Positions 61,039 to 64,000 of a DNA stretch of 64,000 nt are shown one piece after another; positions within the stretch are counted from its first letter, which is position 1; every line of letters begins with the position of its first letter. The notes below the pieces were generated by a model. It saw nothing but the letters and a program-made list of their open reading frames with translations. It was not told the DNA's origin and searched no databases. A program made the position numbers and the translations under genes. The stretch spans positions 1,550,001 through 1,614,000 of the forward strand of contig ML978121.1 of the NCBI GenBank assembly GCA_010015805.1, read 5' to 3'. This DNA is from Rhizodiscina lignyota (taxonomy: Eukaryota).

Positions 61039-61759
61039 ATTGGCAGGTTCGGATTTCACAAGTCTCAGTGCCCTTTGAAATCAAATTGGAAAAGACGCTC
61101 GGATAGATCAAGAGTACTGGGGCTCAAGCTCGCATCTTATTGATTTGAACGCTGGTAAAATTAAGGAAATAGAGATGGGGAGGAAGCTGTATGTATGGAT
61201 TGCACGATGGGGCGGAGCCATCTACCTTTACAGGGACTAAAGGAGACTTATTCTAAGAACGACAAGGCTGAAGGATTCAGAGGAATTGATCTGTGAAACG
61301 AAACATAGCCACAGCAGTATGTAACACGACGTACTTGAACCTGTTGCTCGGCTCTTCCATTCGATGCAATTATTCCGTGGCTGCTCTATCGGAAAGGCTG
61401 CATCTAGGGATACGAAGGTTTCACAGCCCAGAGCCTTGAACCGAAGGAGCTGTGCAAGCTTCCTTCGAAAGACGATGTGTTTAGTGTCTGTCCGTTTCCC
61501 CCGGGAACATCTGAAGGTTGTTCCTCATCATATAGATCAACGAGTAAATACTATTCACGGATGCGTTAAAGGATTGGCAGCCGTCTCCTACGTCTCGAGG
61601 AGTCTTTCTTGGTCTCCGCAAATCCGCGCTTTTGATTGGCCGAAGCTCCGGCCCACTTGGTCTTTCATCCGCAACACCAACACAGAAAGTGTTCTTCCTC
61701 TTTAAGGGCATAGAGCACCATTGAACGTCTGCAATGCTTTCTTGTCAAGAACATCAAAC

Positions 61760-62857
61760 ATGTTATCATCCATCACTTCGTTCCACAGATTGATCAATTC
61801 TCTTCTCCCGTTCACGACGCCGGGCACGCCACTCTATCAAGATGTCATCCACACAATAGTTCTCTGCGCATTCTTGTACTTCTTGCCTTATATCGCTGAG
61901 CGTAGAGCTGGAGCTCGTGCTGGCCAAACTGCCGAAGATGGCAACGATCAACACGCAGACGCTCAAACATTAGGTGAGGTACTGCGTCAAGAACTCGCAA
62001 TAGAAGATGAACTCCAACCTCCGGACGACGAACCCGCTCCTCCTCCGATCGAAGCCTTACTTGAGAATGGCATCCACGAGGATCATGCACCTGCCTTTGA
62101 CGCTCCACAGCCAGCCTTCCAAAATCAGCAACACCAGCCCGCGCCGCGTGCGAATCGCGAGAATATCGGCGCCAAAAAGGCGCGCTCCATCACCCGCCGC
62201 AACCAGCGCCGGCAGTACCACGGATGGATCCGCGAGCAAGCTGAGGCAAGACGCGCGCAGGAAGCTGTAGGTGCAGAGGAGCGTGAAGCGGCACTACAAG
62301 CGGAGAAGGAGAGGAGGTTAGAGGTAGAGAAGAAGTTGGATGAGAAGAGGATGAAGGAGAGGAGTCTGGTAAAGGCCGAGAGGGAAGTGCGGGAACAGAG
62401 GGAAGCGAAGAGGAGGGTTGATTGTGAGAGGTTTGTCAAGGACAGGCTGAAGGAGGAAGGCTGTGTTGAGATTGTTGAGGTGGTAGAAGAGGTTTGGCAG
62501 GACGAGGATAGCGATAGCGGAGGCCTTTGGAGCAAAGGCAAGGGAAAGGCAAATGCCGAAGAAGAGAGATCATGGGAAGAAAAGGCCATTTGGGTGGAGA
62601 GACTCCTGAGGGCGATACCGGGGCTGCTGGGAAAGAAGAACGTCGTGAAAGAGAACGGGACAGAAGCGGTCGTAATGACGATGTTGACGACTGGTGGATG
62701 GATCGTTAAGATTGATGAGGACGTCATGAGAGATGCATATGCAGCAGCAGCTCAGATGGCGAGGGATAAAGTAAAGGCAGGGTATGATGGCAAGGTCACG
62801 ATGATGGAGCTCGGGCATGTCCTCGAGGATATCCTCATGGCAAGAGCAGGTGGTTGA
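61760..62857 (+). CDS. Membrane-anchored coiled-coil protein, DDRGK1/UFBP1-like architecture
   Basis: N-terminal TM, acidic linker, IGAKKARS..RR motif, E/K/R coiled coil, C-terminal putative winged helix (TTGGWIVKI). Confidence 0.6.
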   Translation: MLSSITSFHRLINSLLPFTTPGTPLYQDVIHTIVLCAFLYFLPYIAERRAGARAGQTAEDGNDQHADAQTLGEVLRQELAIEDELQPPDDEPAPPPIEALLENGIHEDHAPAFDAPQPAFQNQQHQPAPRANRENIGAKKARSITRRNQRRQYHGWIREQAEARRAQEAVGAEEREAALQAEKERRLEVEKKLDEKRMKERSLVKAEREVREQREAKRRVDCERFVKDRLKEEGCVEIVEVVEEVWQDEDSDSGGLWSKGKGKANAEEERSWEEKAIWVERLLRAIPGLLGKKNVVKENGTEAVVMTMLTTGGWIVKIDEDVMRDAYAAAAQMARDKVKAGYDGKVTMMELGHVLEDILMARAGG

Positions 62858-62868
62858 ATTCTGGCATG

Positions 62869-63976
62869 CTACATCTTCGGTTTCTCGTCACCCTTTGACT
62901 GGAACAAGCCGGGCCTTCCACCAGGGACACTTCCTAGTCTAACCATGCCATCTTGGAAAGTGCTTAGCACATGCAGCCCATCCTCTCTGAAATACTTCGA
63001 TGGTGCCAACGCCCTCCCATATGCATATCGGCCTACCCATGCTTCCTGGACGAACCATCGTGCGTTTCCGTCCTCATCATACCAACTCAGCTCCTCCGGC
63101 GACACATGGAAAACTACGGAATGATGCAGACTGCCTAGTCTGTAATAGTTATCCGCGTCGTGCTCTTGCAGAAAGTTGGGAATGATGAATAACCCATTGG
63201 AGTCACTGCTATACAGATGTGCAGCAACATGCATATTTGGATCTTCTGCTACCGGCGGCATTGGCCCTCTTATTCTGTAGTACTGCAATTGCACGCGGTC
63301 ACTCGGTTCGACAGTGGAGTTGTACGGCCTCATGTCGACTTTTCGCCTCGATACGCCTGGGAAAGGGATATTTGAGTCTCCCTCAGGCGAGTTGCCTGGC
63401 CTTGTCATGTATTTCCAAAACCATGGAGAATCGATAGCAGGCGCTTCCGGCCATTCGTCAGGTCTTTTGGATCTAAGTGCTACTCCATACTTCTCTCGGA
63501 GATCGACTTGCTGCTGGACGTCGAGACCGCGCGGCTCTGGCTGTTTGAAGGAGCATATGCAGGTGTACATGAGCTTTTCCGGCCTGCCTTGATACACTTC
63601 GACGTTGCGCGTGCAGTAGCCACGGCCCTCTCGAAGATTGCGTACCCGGTAGAGAAAGTGGATATCGGTACGGCCTTCTACGAGGAAATAGCCCGTGAAG
63701 TTCTGACACATATCAGCATACAATTGTACAGATATTTAGATTGGCATTTGGACTGAAATAAAATTTCTTGTTCAATATATGTGAAAATGATTTCCTTACA
63801 TGCACAACGAAGCCATTCCTAACTGTTCGCGACGCTGCAAGCAACGCCTGTGCCATAAAATGTCCGCCATAAGCTCTCGTCTCGAACCCAGGTGCTAAAG
63901 TTGTCGATCGATAGGTGTCATCATCTATTTTCTCCAGTTTCATCTGGTCTACAAAATTCGTTGTATCCGTTGCCAT
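62869..63976 (-). CDS. Acyl-CoA thioesterase II (TesB/Tes1-like), 2 exons
   Basis: YGGHFMAQALLAA; YRVRNLREGRGYCTR; HLYSSD; SLHHSVVFH; TFQDG; C-terminal PTS1-like PKM. Confidence 0.9.
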
Positions 63977-64000
63977 TGCGCCGGTGTGTCGACTGTGCCA

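Noticed and set aside
1..64000. CRISPR arrays, tRNA/rRNA genes and intact transposons
   Set aside because: Eukaryotic sequence; no spacer-repeat array, cloverleaf, transposase or RT ORF, or terminal repeats seen by eye

Overview
Gene-dense, intron-containing filamentous ascomycete (Pezizomycotina) DNA (GT..CTRAC..YAG introns, standard code). About 29 genes can be supported. Conserved housekeeping genes are MDM34, a PPR-type protein, COX7-like, DBP9, CBC2, NUP82, a TGL1-like lipase and a TES1-like thioesterase. Metabolic or secreted genes are a GH15 glucoamylase, P450, MFS transporter, SDR, Zn2Cys6 factor, NADP-ADH, alpha/beta hydrolase and a BIM1/X325-like GPI protein. There is also a pseudogenised HET-NACHT-ankyrin (fungal NLR) gene with RIP-type lesions. 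The most notable structure (about 22.3-31.8 kb) is a tandemly duplicated, head-to-head two-gene module. Each copy pairs a multi-exon DUF6590-type gene, whose core lines up motif-by-motif with the PemK/MazF endoribonuclease toxin fold, with an uncharacterised coiled-coil gene. Both copies appear intact but strongly diverged. This is a candidate fungal toxin-antidote or allorecognition system (inference, untested). Family assignments come from motif recognition by eye; no database searches were run. No tRNA, rRNA, CRISPR array or intact transposon was recognised.
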